The position numbers were made by a program, and so were the translations under genes. DNA of 47,461 nt, from contig NIVC01003628.1 of NCBI GenBank assembly GCA_002269645.1, positions 1 through 47,461 of the forward strand, given 5' to 3'. Shown in pieces: positions 1-11,820 of the stretch (within the stretch, counting starts at the first letter, position 1; each line of letters opens with the position of its first letter). Under the pieces are notes generated by a model. It saw nothing but the letters and a program-made list of their open reading frames with translations, was not told the origin of the DNA and ran no database searches. Source of the stretch: Macrostomum lignano (Eukaryota).

Positions 1-510
1 AGAATCGTCTCTAAACTACCCTGAGAATCGTCTCTAAACTACCCTGAAAATCGTCTCCAAACTACATGAGAATCGTCTCCAAATTACCTTTAGAATTGTC
101 TCTAAACTACCCTGAGAATCGTCTCTAAATTACCTGAAAATCGTCTCCAAACTACATTGAGAATCGTCTCTAAACTACCTTTAGAATCGTCTCTAAACTA
201 CCCTGAGAATCGTCTCCAAACTACATTGAGAATCGTCTCCAAATTACCTTTAGAATTGTCTCTAAACTACCCTGAGAATCGTCTCTAAATTACCCTGAAA
301 ATCGTCTCCAAACTACATTGAGAATCGTCTCTAAACTACCTTTAGAATCGTCTCTAAACTACCCTGAAAATCGTCTTCAAACTACATTGAGAATCGTCTC
401 TAAATTACCCTGAAAATCGTCTCCAAACTACATTGAGAATCGTCTCTAAACTACCTTTAGAATCGTCTCTAAACTACCCTGAGAATCGTCTCCAAACTAC
501 AATGAGAATC
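1..510. repeat. 23-bp minisatellite (agaatcgtctctaaactaccctg) in intron of the CNBD gene
   Basis: About 22 tandem copies with variant units, directly visible; runs off the window edge. Confidence 0.95.
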
Positions 511-521
511 GCAATACTTAC

Positions 522-590
522 CAAAGATACACTGGCGCTTTCCTCAATTTCGAGATTTTTCTCTCCTTTGAAGACCACGTTGGACAGACC
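522..590 (-). CDS. Exon of CNBD2-like cyclic nucleotide-binding protein (second cNMP domain): GLSNVVFKGEKNLEIEESASVSL
   Basis: cttcag acceptor and gtaagt donor, 69 nt, phase 0-0; joins the previous exon to give STLKPGDVF|GLSNVVF, a phosphate-binding-cassette-like motif. Confidence 0.8.
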
Positions 591-712
591 CTGAAGCAGG
601 AAAAATCTATAATATAGAGGCGATGCGATCGTACACTTGTGCAAGTGTCACGTGACGCTTACGAATGCATGTAAAAAGTCACGTGTTTTCAAATAATTTT
701 CACCCAACTCAC

Positions 713-889
713 AAACACGTCGCCCGGCTTTAGAGTGCTAATCTGCACCGCCACAGACTTCTTGACCTGCTCCACCGGCTCCTGTTGCTTCTTTGCGATA
801 GCGTCAAAATCTGGCGCTGTCTGCTGCCGGGTCACCTCAACCACGCGGCTGTTGTTGCCGAGAGCGAGTTCAAAGCGAGCCGCTTCTTG
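713..889 (-). CDS. CNBD2-like exon: QEAARFELALG...QVKKSVAVQISTLKPGDVF
   Basis: Open frame ending at a gtgagt donor (707-712); tccgtcag acceptor gives 177 nt, phase 0-0. The 5' boundary is less certain. Confidence 0.7.
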
Positions 890-981
890 CTGACGGATAC
901 ATCAAACAGCTGCTGGTTGGGCGTCTGCACTTGCTGCTTCTCGGAGCCGCTAGCGGCTGTTTTCCTTAATCCGGTATTTAC

Positions 982-1014
982 CTTTGGCTCTGCGAGTTTG
1001 TTGGCGTGAATCGT
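982..1014 (-). CDS. Possible 33-nt micro-exon of the CNBD2-like gene (TIHANKLAEPK)
   Basis: ttaaaag acceptor and AAG|gtaaat donor; phase 0-0 fits the 713-889 exon but needs a further phase 1-to-0 exon upstream. Confidence 0.35.
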
Positions 1015-1108
1015 CTTTTAACCATATACATGTATCAATTTAGTTCATCTTGACATGGAATGTACTGTAACTTTTTTTCTTGACGTCTAAGGTTTGGTAC
1101 GGGTGTAC

Positions 1109-1716
1109 CAGGGGCGTCGCCATAGATTTTATGGTGGGAGGGACAAAATCTACATGTACATGAATCATTTTGGCGCCGCAGCCACTCATTTTAGCGCCGC
1201 GGGCACTCATTTTGGCGCCGCAGGCACTCATTTTGGCGCCGCAGGCACTCATTTTGGCGCCGCAGGCACTCATTTTGGCGCCGCAAGCACTCATTTTGGA
1301 GCCGCAGGCACTCATTTTGGCGCCGCAGGCACTCATTTTGGTGCTGCAGGCGCTATTTTTGTCGCCCTGAAGCAAAATTATTGATTTCCATAACGGGCCT
1401 TGGTTTGCGTAGGTGGGTTTGGGGGGAAAGCATCGGCATTTCCCACCATAGCTTTACTTGGGGACATGTACCCCTGTTCCCCGGGGCCACCCCTCTAGGG
1501 TGTACAGTAACCAGCACTTCAACACTCATTTCGAATAGTTTATGAAACTCGTTTAGTAAAACAAATTTTGATGATCTATACGGCTTCCTATGTAGAGAAT
1601 TGGCAGTGAAAAAAGCTTTGTTGCTAAGATTTGCGTTCTAAGAATCTAAACTATAATTTTGGCAGAGCATGCAGCTCCGCTGGAAAAGCGCCCGGCTCTC
1701 GGTCTAGCGACCCCTG
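1109..1716. mobile_element. Possible MITE-like insertion carrying a 21-bp minisatellite (ggcgccgcaggcactcatttt, ~1165-1345)
   Basis: Imperfect inverted ends caggggcgtcgc (1109) / gcgacccctg (1707-1716); about 9 copies of the 21-mer inside; no clear TSD. Confidence 0.4.
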
Positions 1717-1990
1717 TTTCGATTCCTTGCGCGGCCACAATCATATAATGTAGGGCTTGTGTACGAAATTTAGAAAGTCAGGGCCGCTGTGCACTTCTGT
1801 GTAAGCTTGTGATGAGTGCGTGTCGGCTTACAGTATTGGCGCGCTTGTGTGTGTTCAGAGGAGTCAGCGGAATGAGTTGTGGGACGATGTCGCCGAAGGC
1901 TCAGCGCAAGAATGCCCCAGCCAAATTTTCAGAAATTTATATAAAAAAATTGCCGGTTAAATCAGATCTCAAAAGCCCAAGCCAGCTCAC

Positions 1991-2399
1991 CATTCCTGCC
2001 AATGTTGAGCTTATTCTGAAAGTCGCTCCTCTCCTTCACAACCGTCGGCTCGTCGGTGTCATTGACCTCCAATCGTTTGAGCACTTTGCACGAACCCGAT
2101 TTGACCACGACGATGTATTCGCTGGCTTTGCTGTCAGGCACCACGATGGCATTACGTCTATAGAAAGTCAGCAGGCAGGCGTTCGGCTGTTTCAAAAGCT
2201 GCTCCTCCGGGAAGTGGCGCATGAACTCGCAGCTGAGCAGGAATTCGATGTGCGCCGGTCGGCGGCCCGGCTGGGCGCGCATGAAAATGTCGTGAAAATC
2301 GTCTCGGCCGATGGCCAGCAGCTGCATTGGGGTCTGGCTTACTATGCTGGCCGTGCGGGTCACCTGGTGCAGCAGGGCGATCTCGCCGAACGATTGGCC
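1991..2399 (-). CDS. CNBD2: CNBD2-like exon covering the end of cNMP domain 1 and start of domain 2
   Basis: GQSFGEIALLHQVTRTASIVSQTPMQLLAIGRDDFHDIF (classic FGE-x-AL...RTA cassette), then LLTFYRRNAIVV...IVVVKSGSCKVLK; aaaag acceptor, G|gtgagc donor, phase 0-1. Confidence 0.92.
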
Positions 2400-2552
2400 C
2401 TTTTGGCGACGCCATGTTCGAAGCGATGAGATTATAGATGCAGCTTATTCTTGGCGGTGATCCCAAAAAAATACTTCGAAGTACGTCTACTTTAAGCTGA
2501 TAATCTTACGATATTTCCGAAAAGTACTTACTACTTACTGCTTACTACTTAA

Positions 2553-3657
2553 AAGGCTACAAGTCTCAAGACACTGCAACAACTTGATCTTTGAAGTCAC
2601 TTGGCTACAAGTCTCAAGACACTTCACCGACTTGACCTTTGAAGTCACTTGGCTACAAGTCTCAAGACACTTCACCGACTTGACCTTTGAAGTCACTTGG
2701 CTACAAGTCTCAAGACACTTCACCGACTTGACCTTTGAAGTCACTTGGCTACAAGTCTCAAGACACTTGACCGACTTGACCTTTGAAGTCACTTGGCTAC
2801 AAGTCTCAAGACACTTCACCGACTTGATCTTTGAAGTCACTTGGCTACAAGTCTCAAGACACTTCACCGACTTGATCTTTGAAGTCACTTGGCTACAAGT
2901 CTCAAGACACTTCACCGACTTGACCTTTGAAGTCACTTGGCTACAAGTCTCAAGACACTTCACCGACTTGACCTTTGAAGTCACTTGGCTACAAGTCTCA
3001 AGACACTTGACCGACTTGACCTTTGAAGTCACTTGGCTACAAGTCTCAAGACACTTCACCGACTTGATCTTTGAAGTCACTTGGCTACAAGTCTCAAGAC
3101 ACTTCACCGACTTGACCTTTGAAGTCACTTGGCTACAAGTCTCAAGACACTTCACCGACTTGACCTTTGAAGTCACTTGGCTACAAGTCTCAAGACACTT
3201 GACCGACTTGACCTTTGAAGTCACTTGGCTACAAGTCTCAAGACACTGCAACAACTTGATCTTTGAAGTCACTTGGCTACAAGTCTCAAGACACTTCACC
3301 GACTTGACCTTTGAAGTCACTTGGCTACAAGTCTCAAGACACTTGACCGACTTGACCTTTGAAGTCACTTGGCTACAAGTCTCAAGACACTTCACCGACT
3401 TGACCTTTGAAGTCACTTGGCTACAAGTCTCAAGACACTTCACCGACTTGACCTTTGAAGTCACTTGGCTACAAGTCTCAAGACACTGTACAACAACTTG
3501 ACCTTTGAAGTCACTTGGCTACAAGTCTCAAGACACTTCACCGACTTGACCTTTGAAGTCACTTGGCTACAAGTCTCAAGACACTTCACCGACTTGACCT
3601 TTGAAGTCACTTGGGTACAAGTCTCAAGACACTTCACCGACTTGACCTTTGAAGTCA
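2553..3657. repeat. 48-bp tandem satellite, left arm (gaagtcacttggctacaagtctcaagacacttcaccgacttgaccttt)
   Basis: About 23 near-identical copies; explains ORFs 2535..3464 and 2584..3501. Confidence 0.97.
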
Positions 3658-5877
3658 TGATGTAACCACGCTCTGGTCGCGGGATAGGGCATGGGAACTT
3701 TTTCGTAAGTGCCTCCTATCCCATGTACCCCCTGCACAGAGCTGTCGAGACTCGGCCAGGTCTCCGACCAGGCCTGGAGACTCCCGCTCTGCTGCACCCT
3801 CCTGCTGCCTTGGTTCCGTCTCCCCTGCCGCCACACCTGCCTTTCCGGAGCTCCCTATCCCTCTCTGTACCTCCCCCCTCCACCCTATCTCTTCTGTTTT
3901 CCGCCCTAGTCTTCTTGTACTCTTCCTGTCCCCTCTCTTTTTGTCTCTCTCTGCACTTTTTTCCTGCGCTATCCCCCTTTTTTGCGTCTACTTACAGTAT
4001 TTTGTGTGCTCACCGTCTCCCCATCCCTTCTCAAACTCCCAACGGTGACGCAAGTCGTGTGACCCCTTCTTTCCCTCGATGACTCATCGATGACTCATCT
4101 CCCTCTCTTGCGCAACCTTTTCTCACGCCATTGTTCTCCTCCCCAAATTTCTCATGCGACACCCACCCCACCTCCGCTTCTATTGTTCTCGTTTTTGATT
4201 CTTTTGTTCTCTTTACCCCCACCAATTATCACATTTTCTCCGATTTTCTCTTTCTTTTGTTCTCGTTTTCGCACCTAATTATCACCTTTTCTCCAATGTT
4301 TGCTTTTCTATTGTTCTCGATTCTCCCCAATTATCCCCGATTTCCAATTCCTTTGTTCTCGACCCCAGCCCTATTGTTCTCAATGTTTGCTTGCGCAACA
4401 CTTTCGCGACCACCCGCTGCGCAATTATCCCCCCACCCCACCTCCGGATTGCGCAATTTCCCTTTTTCTCATGTTGCTATGCCGGTCTCATGTTTCTCAT
4501 CATGACTCATTCTGACGTCATTCGGCCGGCAGCCAATCAGAGAGAGGGAGTCATGGAAACGACCTTGGAGCGGCGGCTGGGAAGGCTATAAAAGGAGGCG
4601 GTTTTCGGCGTGAGAAGACACAACTTTTGCCCACCTTCGGGCTCCTAGTCTTTCTTTAGACTTGCCGTCAGACTGAGTTCTGACCCATTCGTCTATAAGA
4701 CGAATCCCTGCCGGTCCGCGGTCTGATGCCGCCAAGTTATCTTCAGCTCCCCAAGTGAGCTCGCCTATTGGCCAGCGGTCTGACACCGCCCAGCATCATC
4801 AGCTTCGCCTGATCTACACCAGCGCCTCGTCGCTTCAGCGCATCGCCGCTTCACTGTCCGCCTGACTGCAGCCTACAGCCGCCCTCGGTCACTCCGCCTC
4901 TCTCTCTCTCTCTCTGTGCAGCTGCCGGTAAGTTCCTGTTACTGATATGTGCTCTAATTGCCTTTGCTTATCCGGAGTTTGCCTATTTTTCCATTGTCTG
5001 ATTAGAGAGCTGAGCCAGTTGTGATACCGTACCTTTTGCTGTATTTTTACTCAATAGTGAAGCCGCCTAATTGCCTGATTATTTGCCTAAGGGCCTAATT
5101 ATTAACTATTAACTAACCTCATCATTATTCACTCTTTCACCATCATTTCACTCATGGCTTGCTAAGCTTTTCTCCCGGGGTGGCAAAGCATAGGGAAGTT
5201 TGGGTAAGCTAATGGCCTCTCCCCGTGCAAAGCTCGCCTGTGAGTGCGTGCTGCGGGGCCGTGTGTGCGTGCAGTAGAGGGATTAGCGAGTCTTGGCACA
5301 GAATGGCAGTAGGAAGGTTGCAACCCCATGCTGACGCGTCCCTTCGCCCTGAGCAATCTAAACTAGAGACAGTACATGTTCGCCTCATACTACTCTTAGT
5401 AATCAAAGTCGCAAGTCAGCCTCGCTCACAGCCACAAAGGATCCCCTGCTGAGAAATCCTCCAGGATTGAGCCCAGAGTTCCCGATCATGCCCCAAGCAG
5501 AGTCCCTGTACTCGGCTGCATGTGTCTCCCCTGTTAGCCTAAATCTCCTGGTAACCATCCCAGGCGGGGCTCTAGCCTCGAGAGGTCTGGTAGAAAGATC
5601 CAGGTGCGCCAGGTCACATAGAGTGGTGGCAGCCACTCGGTCATACTATGACCGAGTGACCAACTATTGCACCTTGGCTACAGGTGGGGTCCATGTGGGT
5701 CCTTGGCCCTCTGGTCACAAAGCGCTACCAAAGCTATCAATCATGTGGGCGGGACAGTCTGGTGCTGGAGGTCCGTCAGGTCATTGCCCGGTCATAGGCA
5801 GCCTACGGTCATTGCCCCCTCTAGCCAAGCGTTCGTCTCTCAATAGGAGCGGACCGGCGACAAGGGCGGTTACATCA
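3658..5877 (+). mobile_element. 2.2 kb insertion, probable solo LTR (Ty3/Gypsy-type termini)
   Basis: Termini TGATGTAACC...GGTTACATCA (TG...CA, 10-bp perfect inverted repeat); 4-bp TSD gtca at 3654-3657 and 5878-5881; interrupts the satellite in register; no coding remnants; internal promoter motifs. Confidence 0.75.
4503..4593 (+). promoter_or_regulatory. Pol II promoter module within the LTR-like element
   Basis: AP-1 TGACTCA 4503-4509, CRE TGACGTCA 4513-4520, CCAAT 4533-4537, TATAAAA 4587-4593 in canonical order; downstream donor ggtaagt near 4927. Confidence 0.6.
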
Positions 5878-6642
5878 GTCACTTGGCTACAAGTCTCAAG
5901 ACACTTCACCGACTTGACCTTTGAAGTCACTTGGCTACAAGTCTGAAGACACTGCAACAACTTGATCTTTGAAGTCACTTGGCTACAAGTTTCAAGACAC
6001 TTCACCGACTTGACCTTTGAAGTCACTTGGCTACAAGTCTCAAGACACTTCACCGACTTGACCTTTGAAGTCACTTGGCTACAAGTCTCAACACACTGCA
6101 ACAACTTGATCTTTGAAGTCACTTGGCTACAAGTCTCAAGACACTGCAACAACTTGATCTTTGAAGTCACTTGGCTACAAGTCTCAAGACACTGCAACAA
6201 CTTGATCTTTGATGTCACTTGGCTACAAGTCTCAAGACACTGCAACAACTTGATCTTGAAAGTCACTTGGCTACAAGTCTCAACACACTGCAACAACTTG
6301 ATCTTTGAAGTCACTTGGCTACAAGTCTGAAGACACTGCAACAACTTGATCTTTGAAGTCACTTGGCTACAAGTCTCAACACACTGCAACAACTTGATCT
6401 TTGAAGTCACTTGGCTAAAAGTCTCAACACACTGCAACAACTTGATCTTTGAAGTCACTTGGCTACAAGTCTCAAGACACTGCAACAACTTGATCTTTGA
6501 AGTCACTTGGCTACAAGTCTCAAGACACTGCAACAACTTGATCTTTGAAGTCACTTGGCTACAAGTCTCAAGACACTGCAACAACTTGATCTTTGAAGTC
6601 ACTTGGCTACAAGTTTCAAGACACTTCACCGACTTGACCTTT
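5878..6642. repeat. 48-bp tandem satellite, right arm (mostly the tgcaacaacttgatc variant)
   Basis: About 16 copies of the same unit as 2553-3657. Confidence 0.97.
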
Positions 6643-6783
6643 AAAATGACGACAGCTTGCTCAAGACGTACACTTTACACTTTAGACGGACATTTGGACC
6701 TTTAAAGTCAACAATTTCTTCTTTCAGTATTATGTTCTCCAACGCTCAATGCATACGCAAATACACAACTCGAAGTTACTCAC

Positions 6784-7095
6784 CTGTCCAAGCCGTGCTA
6801 CAATACTCGACCGAGTCTCGCCGCTTTCGCGGTCCTCCTTCATCACGTTGACCAGCGCTTTGCCGCTGATGATGATGTAAAAGTTGATGCCGGTGTGGCC
6901 CTGACGAATAATGAGACGCCCAGCTGGCACAGAGTAGTAGAAGGCCACACGAGACAGCTTCTCCTGAATGCTCAACGGGTACTCATTGAATGTTGGCAGA
7001 TTCTGCAGGCCGTACATCAGCGTCTGCACCTGCTCGTCGCTTCGATCCTGCGGTTCCATCCGCAGGATGTACTTCATCTCGCCTGTTAGATCGAT
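6784..7095 (-). CDS. CNBD2: CNBD2-like exon, N-terminal half of cNMP domain 1
   Basis: IDLTGEMKYILRMEPQDRSDEQV...RLIIRQGHTGINFYIIISGKALV...VARLGQ; ttacag acceptor, gtgagt donor, 312 nt, phase 0-0. Confidence 0.92.
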
Positions 7096-7295
7096 CTGTA
7101 ATTTAGTAATAAATAATAATTGCAGGAGGGCTACGCGGCACCCTGGTGCATGCCTTCGGCGACATCGTCACACAAACAGCGCTGACGGAAATTCTATCAA
7201 ATCCGCTGACTCATAAGCACATAATAATAGCAATAATATTAATAATGGTTATTACTTGTATTACTAGTAGTATTATTACTATTGATATTGTTTAC

Positions 7296-7582
7296 ACCTG
7301 ACCTAATAAGCACAGATGTGCAACCGACAGCTCAGCCGCAGCTATTGCGCGGCGCATCTGAAGGCTGCGTACGGCTGCTCAGTCCAAAGGACTGGGGGGT
7401 CGCCACACACGCCCTCAATTACCCCAGCTAATGTTGGCACCCATTTTACAGCTGGGTGAACTCAAGCAATGCAGAGTTAAGTGTTTTGCTCAAGGACACA
7501 AATTTTTCTGAGTGGGTCGAGAATCAAACCCCCGACCTTTCAGTCGTGAGTTCGACGCTCTGACCACTAGGCTACCACCTCC
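7296..7582 (-). mobile_element. tRNA-derived SINE
   Basis: Head GGAGGTGGTAGCCTAGTGGTCAGAGCG (A box) and degenerate B box; body shared with the copy at 28695-28990; AT-rich tail at ~7222-7295. Confidence 0.85.
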
Positions 7583-8147
7583 ACATACACATGAGCACAT
7601 GCAAGCAAGCTAATACTGTACGCAGGCACACACTCGTACACACGCTTTACACAGGCTGTACAGCAGCCCCGCAGCCCCGACTTTCTACATTAATCCTGTC
7701 AGGCACTTGATAGCTATATACAGTGGTCCTTGCTTTAACATGCGACCAAATTTCTAAAACACCTACTGCGCTTAATATAATAATTGTCAGGTTCTTGTCA
7801 GGTCGGAAGTCTGCGAACGGTGCGACCTTGAACTGTGCCTCTGTTTGAGTCAGTATTACCTATTCAAAGCACCTATGCTAGCTCTCTATCTCTACGTCAG
7901 GATGAGACCGGATATCCGCGTGAACTAACTGCACTGACTTGTATTGAAAAATCTTCTCTGTACAGTTCACCGTATGCACGCATTGTCTGTGCCGTCAAAG
8001 GACATTAACTTCCGGCAGGTACTGCATGCGGTATGGTCTACGTTTTTTGCCCTCTTTTCATCTCTCGTTTCCGGGTTCAGGTAGTCCAAACTGGACGCTT
8101 TCAAAAGTCAATAGTCTGATGCGATAATTCACGAGCAATTTTCAAAC

Positions 8148-8259
8148 CTCTTTCTTAGCCCGAAAGTAGGACAAATCGAAACTCAATCCGGAATCGTCCG
8201 TCTCGAAGCCTTTCAGCGTGTCGGCTACGCGGATATTCTCGTCCTCTTTGTAGTCGGTT
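8148..8259 (-). CDS. CNBD2-like exon: TDYKEDENIRVADTLKGFETDDSGLSFDLSYFRAKKE
   Basis: ccattccag acceptor, GAG|gtttga donor; phase 2-0 fits both neighbours; the LSFD-x-YF-x-A motif precedes domain 1 in CNBD2-like proteins. Confidence 0.8.
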
Positions 8260-8454
8260 CTGGAATGGTTACAGGTAAGTTAATTAATCTGCTAATTTTC
8301 AATCGCGAACAGGTTTCAGTCAATCCCATTCGCTTTAGGAATGTCGGAAATAGACGTAATTGGCACTAATACGAGTCAAGAAATGCAAAAGACGATATTT
8401 TAAAACAAAAAAAATTGTTGAAATGAAGTTCTAAAATTAGGCTTAGGTGGCACC

Positions 8455-9330
8455 AAAATTTGGAGTCAGGAGACACTGAAAAGTGGAGTCAGAAAATAAC
8501 TAAAAAGTGGATCAGGAGACACCCGAAAAGTGGAGTCAGGAAACACCTAAAAAGTGGAGTCTGGAGTTAGCTGAAAAGTGGGTCAGGATACACCCAAAAA
8601 GTGGGTCAGGAGACACCCATAAAGTGGGTCAGGAGACATCCATAAAGTGGGTCAGGAGACATCCGTAAAGTGGGTCAGGAGACACCCCATAAAGTGGGTC
8701 AGGAGACACCCCATAAAGTGGGTCAGGAGACACCCATAAAGTGGGTCAGGAGACACCATAAAGTGGGTCAGGAGACATCCATAAAGTGGGTCAGGAGACA
8801 TTCATAAAGTGGGTCAGGAGACACCCATAAAGTGGATCAGGAGACACCCATAAAGTGGGTCAGGAGACATCCGAAAAGTGGGTCAGGAGACACCTATAAA
8901 GTGGATCAGGAGACACCCATAAAGTGGGTCAGGAGAAATCCATAAAGTGGGTCAGGAGACATCCATAAAGTGGGTCAGGAGACATCCATAAAGTGGGTCA
9001 GGAGACACCCATAAAGTGGGTCAGGAGACATCCATAAAGTGGGTCAGGAGACATCCATAAAGTGGGTCAGGAGACATCCGAAAAGTGGTTCAGGAGACAT
9101 CCATAAAGTGGGTCAGGAGACACCCATATAGTGGGTCAGGAGAAATCCATAAAGTGGGTCAGGAGACATCCATAAAGTGGGTCAGGAGACACCCATATAG
9201 TGGGTCAGGAGACACCCATAAAGTGGGTCAGGAGACACCCATAAAGTGGGTCAGGAGACACCCATAAAGTGGGTCAGGAGACACCCATAAAGTGGGTCAG
9301 GAGACACCTATAAAGTGGGTCAGGAGACAA
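8455..9330. repeat. ~23-bp minisatellite (ataaagtgggtcaggagacaccc)
   Basis: Over 30 copies, with degenerate copies at the left end. Confidence 0.95.
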
Positions 9331-9389
9331 AATAATGTATGTCAGAAGCCACCCAGACAATACTACGAGTATTCCTCAATAGTGCTCAC

Positions 9390-9463
9390 CTTTTGAGCAC
9401 AGCGTGAATCCAGTTGATCATTACGATGACAATTCTTGACATTTTCTTGAACCGGGCCAGGGC
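9390..9463 (-). CDS. CNBD2-like exon: ALARFKKMSRIVIVMINWIHAVLK(R)
   Basis: ttcacag acceptor, AG|gtgagc donor, phase 0-2; a different frame from the listed ORF 9363..9569. Confidence 0.78.
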
Positions 9464-9874
9464 CTGTGAACGAAGTCAGGTTGAAGTCTTGAAAACTTCT
9501 GACTATGGCCCTCATTTTAGCAAGCGATGAACGGCTGTGCCAGCTGAATAATTGATTAAATCGCCTCATTTTCTGCTCAATTGCGAGCAGGGTTTGCCTT
9601 TATTATCTATAAAAACTGCCTTAGACTTTTAATTTCAACTGAAGTCTACAAAATACATAAAATCTGTGGATAAACTACTGAATAAAAAGCTTTTGACGAT
9701 TACTTATTCATAAGCCGGGGTAATTTAGATAAGTCAACGAATCCATGGCAACTAACTCATGGTGGAGAACAACTAACGATAGAAGGTAGATATTTTCCGG
9801 ATCCGAGCTTGAAGATCAAGGATTGGACAGAGGTAATAATGAAAATTATGGAGTAGAGACCTAGGAAAAGAGAT

Positions 9875-10345
9875 CTATGAGAAGAGAGTAGAGAACTAGG
9901 AGGGGAGAGTAGAGAACTAGGAGGGGAGAGTAGAGAACTAGGAGGGGAGAGTAGAGAATTAGGAGGGGAGAGTAGAGAACTTGGGGGGGAGAGTAGAGAC
10001 TTAGGAGGGGAGAGTAGAGTACTCGGAGGAGAGAGTAGAGAACTTGGGGGAGTAGAGAACTCGGAGGGGAGAGTAGAGAACTCGGGGGGAGAGTAGAGAA
10101 CTCGGGGGAGAGTAAAGACTTAGGAGGGGAGAGTAGAGAACTTGGGGGGGGGAGTAGAGACTTAGGAGGGGAGAATAGAGTACTCGGAGGAGAGAGTAGA
10201 GAACTTGGGGGGAGAGTAGAGACTTAGGAGGGGAGAATAGAGTACTCGGAGGAGAGAGTAGAGAACTTGGGGGGAGAGTAGAGACTTAGGAGTGGAGAAT
10301 AGAGTACTCGGAGGAGAAAGTAGAGAACTTGGGGGGAGAGAGAAG
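9875..10345. repeat. Purine-rich ~20-22 bp minisatellite (ggagggggagagtagagaact)
   Basis: About 22 variable copies. Confidence 0.92.
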
Positions 10346-10460
10346 AAATCTAAATTTAGGAGAGTAGTAGGAGAAGATTAATTATGTCTACAGAAGTAAG
10401 AATAGAATCGAAATATGAAAGCAAACATGAACAAGAAAGCTTAGAAATCTTCCAACACAC

Positions 10461-10634
10461 GCGACTCAACCGACGGAACTGTGCCTCAGTTGGCTGTCTG
10501 CTCAATATTCTCAGCTGTCTTGGCGAAGTGGCAGTCGGCGAAGCCAGCAGGAGGTCCGCAGTCGGCTGTCTATGGCCCAACTCCAATGGCCAGTTGGTTC
10601 GCGCGCTGCCCAATAGCAAGCGCTGAGAAGCCAT
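10461..10634 (-). CDS. Possible alternative first coding exon of the CNBD2-like gene (MASQRLLLGS...QFRRLSR)
   Basis: ATG at 10634, gtgtgt donor in phase 0 compatible with exon 9390-9463; minus-strand TATAAATA at 10684-10691 and CCAAT at 10718-10722 upstream. Confidence 0.4.
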
Positions 10635-10907
10635 TCTAGGCTTATGGATAAGTTTAGGTGCTGAAAGCACTGCACTACAGAGGTATTTATAGGAAATTTT
10701 AATGAGCATTCTTGCAGCCAATGAGGAACATGGGCCGGCTCTCAAGAGATTCAAGGAAACAGACTGCGTTGACTTATCGCTGAGTACAGAGAGTGTCCTG
10801 TATCTTTTATCCCTTTGGGTTTTCTTAATTCCGTTTTTTATTTCCTCTCTCACGGAATGTAATTAGGCTAACAATAATTCTCCAGTGTAAAAAGAGGTTA
10901 TCCCACT

Positions 10908-11730
10908 AACAGGAACTCCCCAATCTAACAGGGATTCCCCAATCTAACAGGGATTCCCCAATCTAACAGTGATTCCCCAATCTAACAGGGATTCCCCAAT
11001 CTAACAGTGATTCCCCAATCTAACAGGGATTCCCAAATCGAGCAGGGATTCCCCAATCTAACAGGAACTCCCCAATCTAACAGGAATTACCCAATCTAAC
11101 AGTGATTCCCCAATCTAACAGGGATTCCCCAATCTAACAGTGATTCCCCAATCTAACAGGGATTCCCAAATCGAGCAGGGATTCCCCAATCTAACAGGAA
11201 CTCCCCAATCTAACAGGGATTCCCCAATCTAACAGGGATTCCCCAATCTAACAGTGATTCCCCAATCTAACAGTGATTCCCCAATCTAACAGTGATTCCC
11301 CAATCTAACAGTGATTCCCCAATCTAACAGGGATTCCCAAATCGAGCAGGGATTCCCCAATCTAACAGGAACTCCCCAATCTAACAGTGATTCCCCAATC
11401 TAACAGGGATTCCCCAATCTAACAGGGATTCCCCAATCTAACAGTGATTCCCCAATCTAACAGGGATTCCCCAATCTAACAGTGATTCCCCAATCTAACA
11501 GGGATTCCCAAATCGAGCAGGGATTCCCCAATCTAACAGGAACTCCCCAATCTAACAGGAATTACCCAATCTAACAGGAACTACCCAATCTAACAGGAAT
11601 TACCCAATCTTACAGGAATTCTCCAATCTTATAGGAATTCTCCAATCTAACAGGAATTCCCCAATCTAACAGGAATTTCCAAATCTCACAAGAATTCCCA
11701 AAATACAACAAGAATTCACCAGTTAAACAG
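10908..11730. repeat. 20-bp minisatellite (aatctaacagggattcccc)
   Basis: About 40 copies, degenerating at the right end. Confidence 0.95.
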
Positions 11731-11820
11731 GAATTCCCCAATCAAAGTACAAAATATTTCGAATTCCCCAAATATCTAACAAGCCAAGCAACACCTCTAA
11801 ACGCCAGTTTCCCCCCTCAC

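Noticed and set aside
1809-2429. 206-aa plus-strand ORF
   Set aside because: Antisense shadow of the GC-rich CNBD exon 1991-2399
2535-6629. Long repetitive ORFs (TSKVKSVKCLETCSQV, EVTWLQVSRHFTDLTF)
   Set aside because: Translations of a 48-bp satellite that is open in several frames, lies in an intron and is interrupted by a TE
8210-8280. Plus-strand cag...CAG|gtaagt mini-exon
   Set aside because: Overlaps a better supported minus-strand CNBD exon whose phases fit both neighbours
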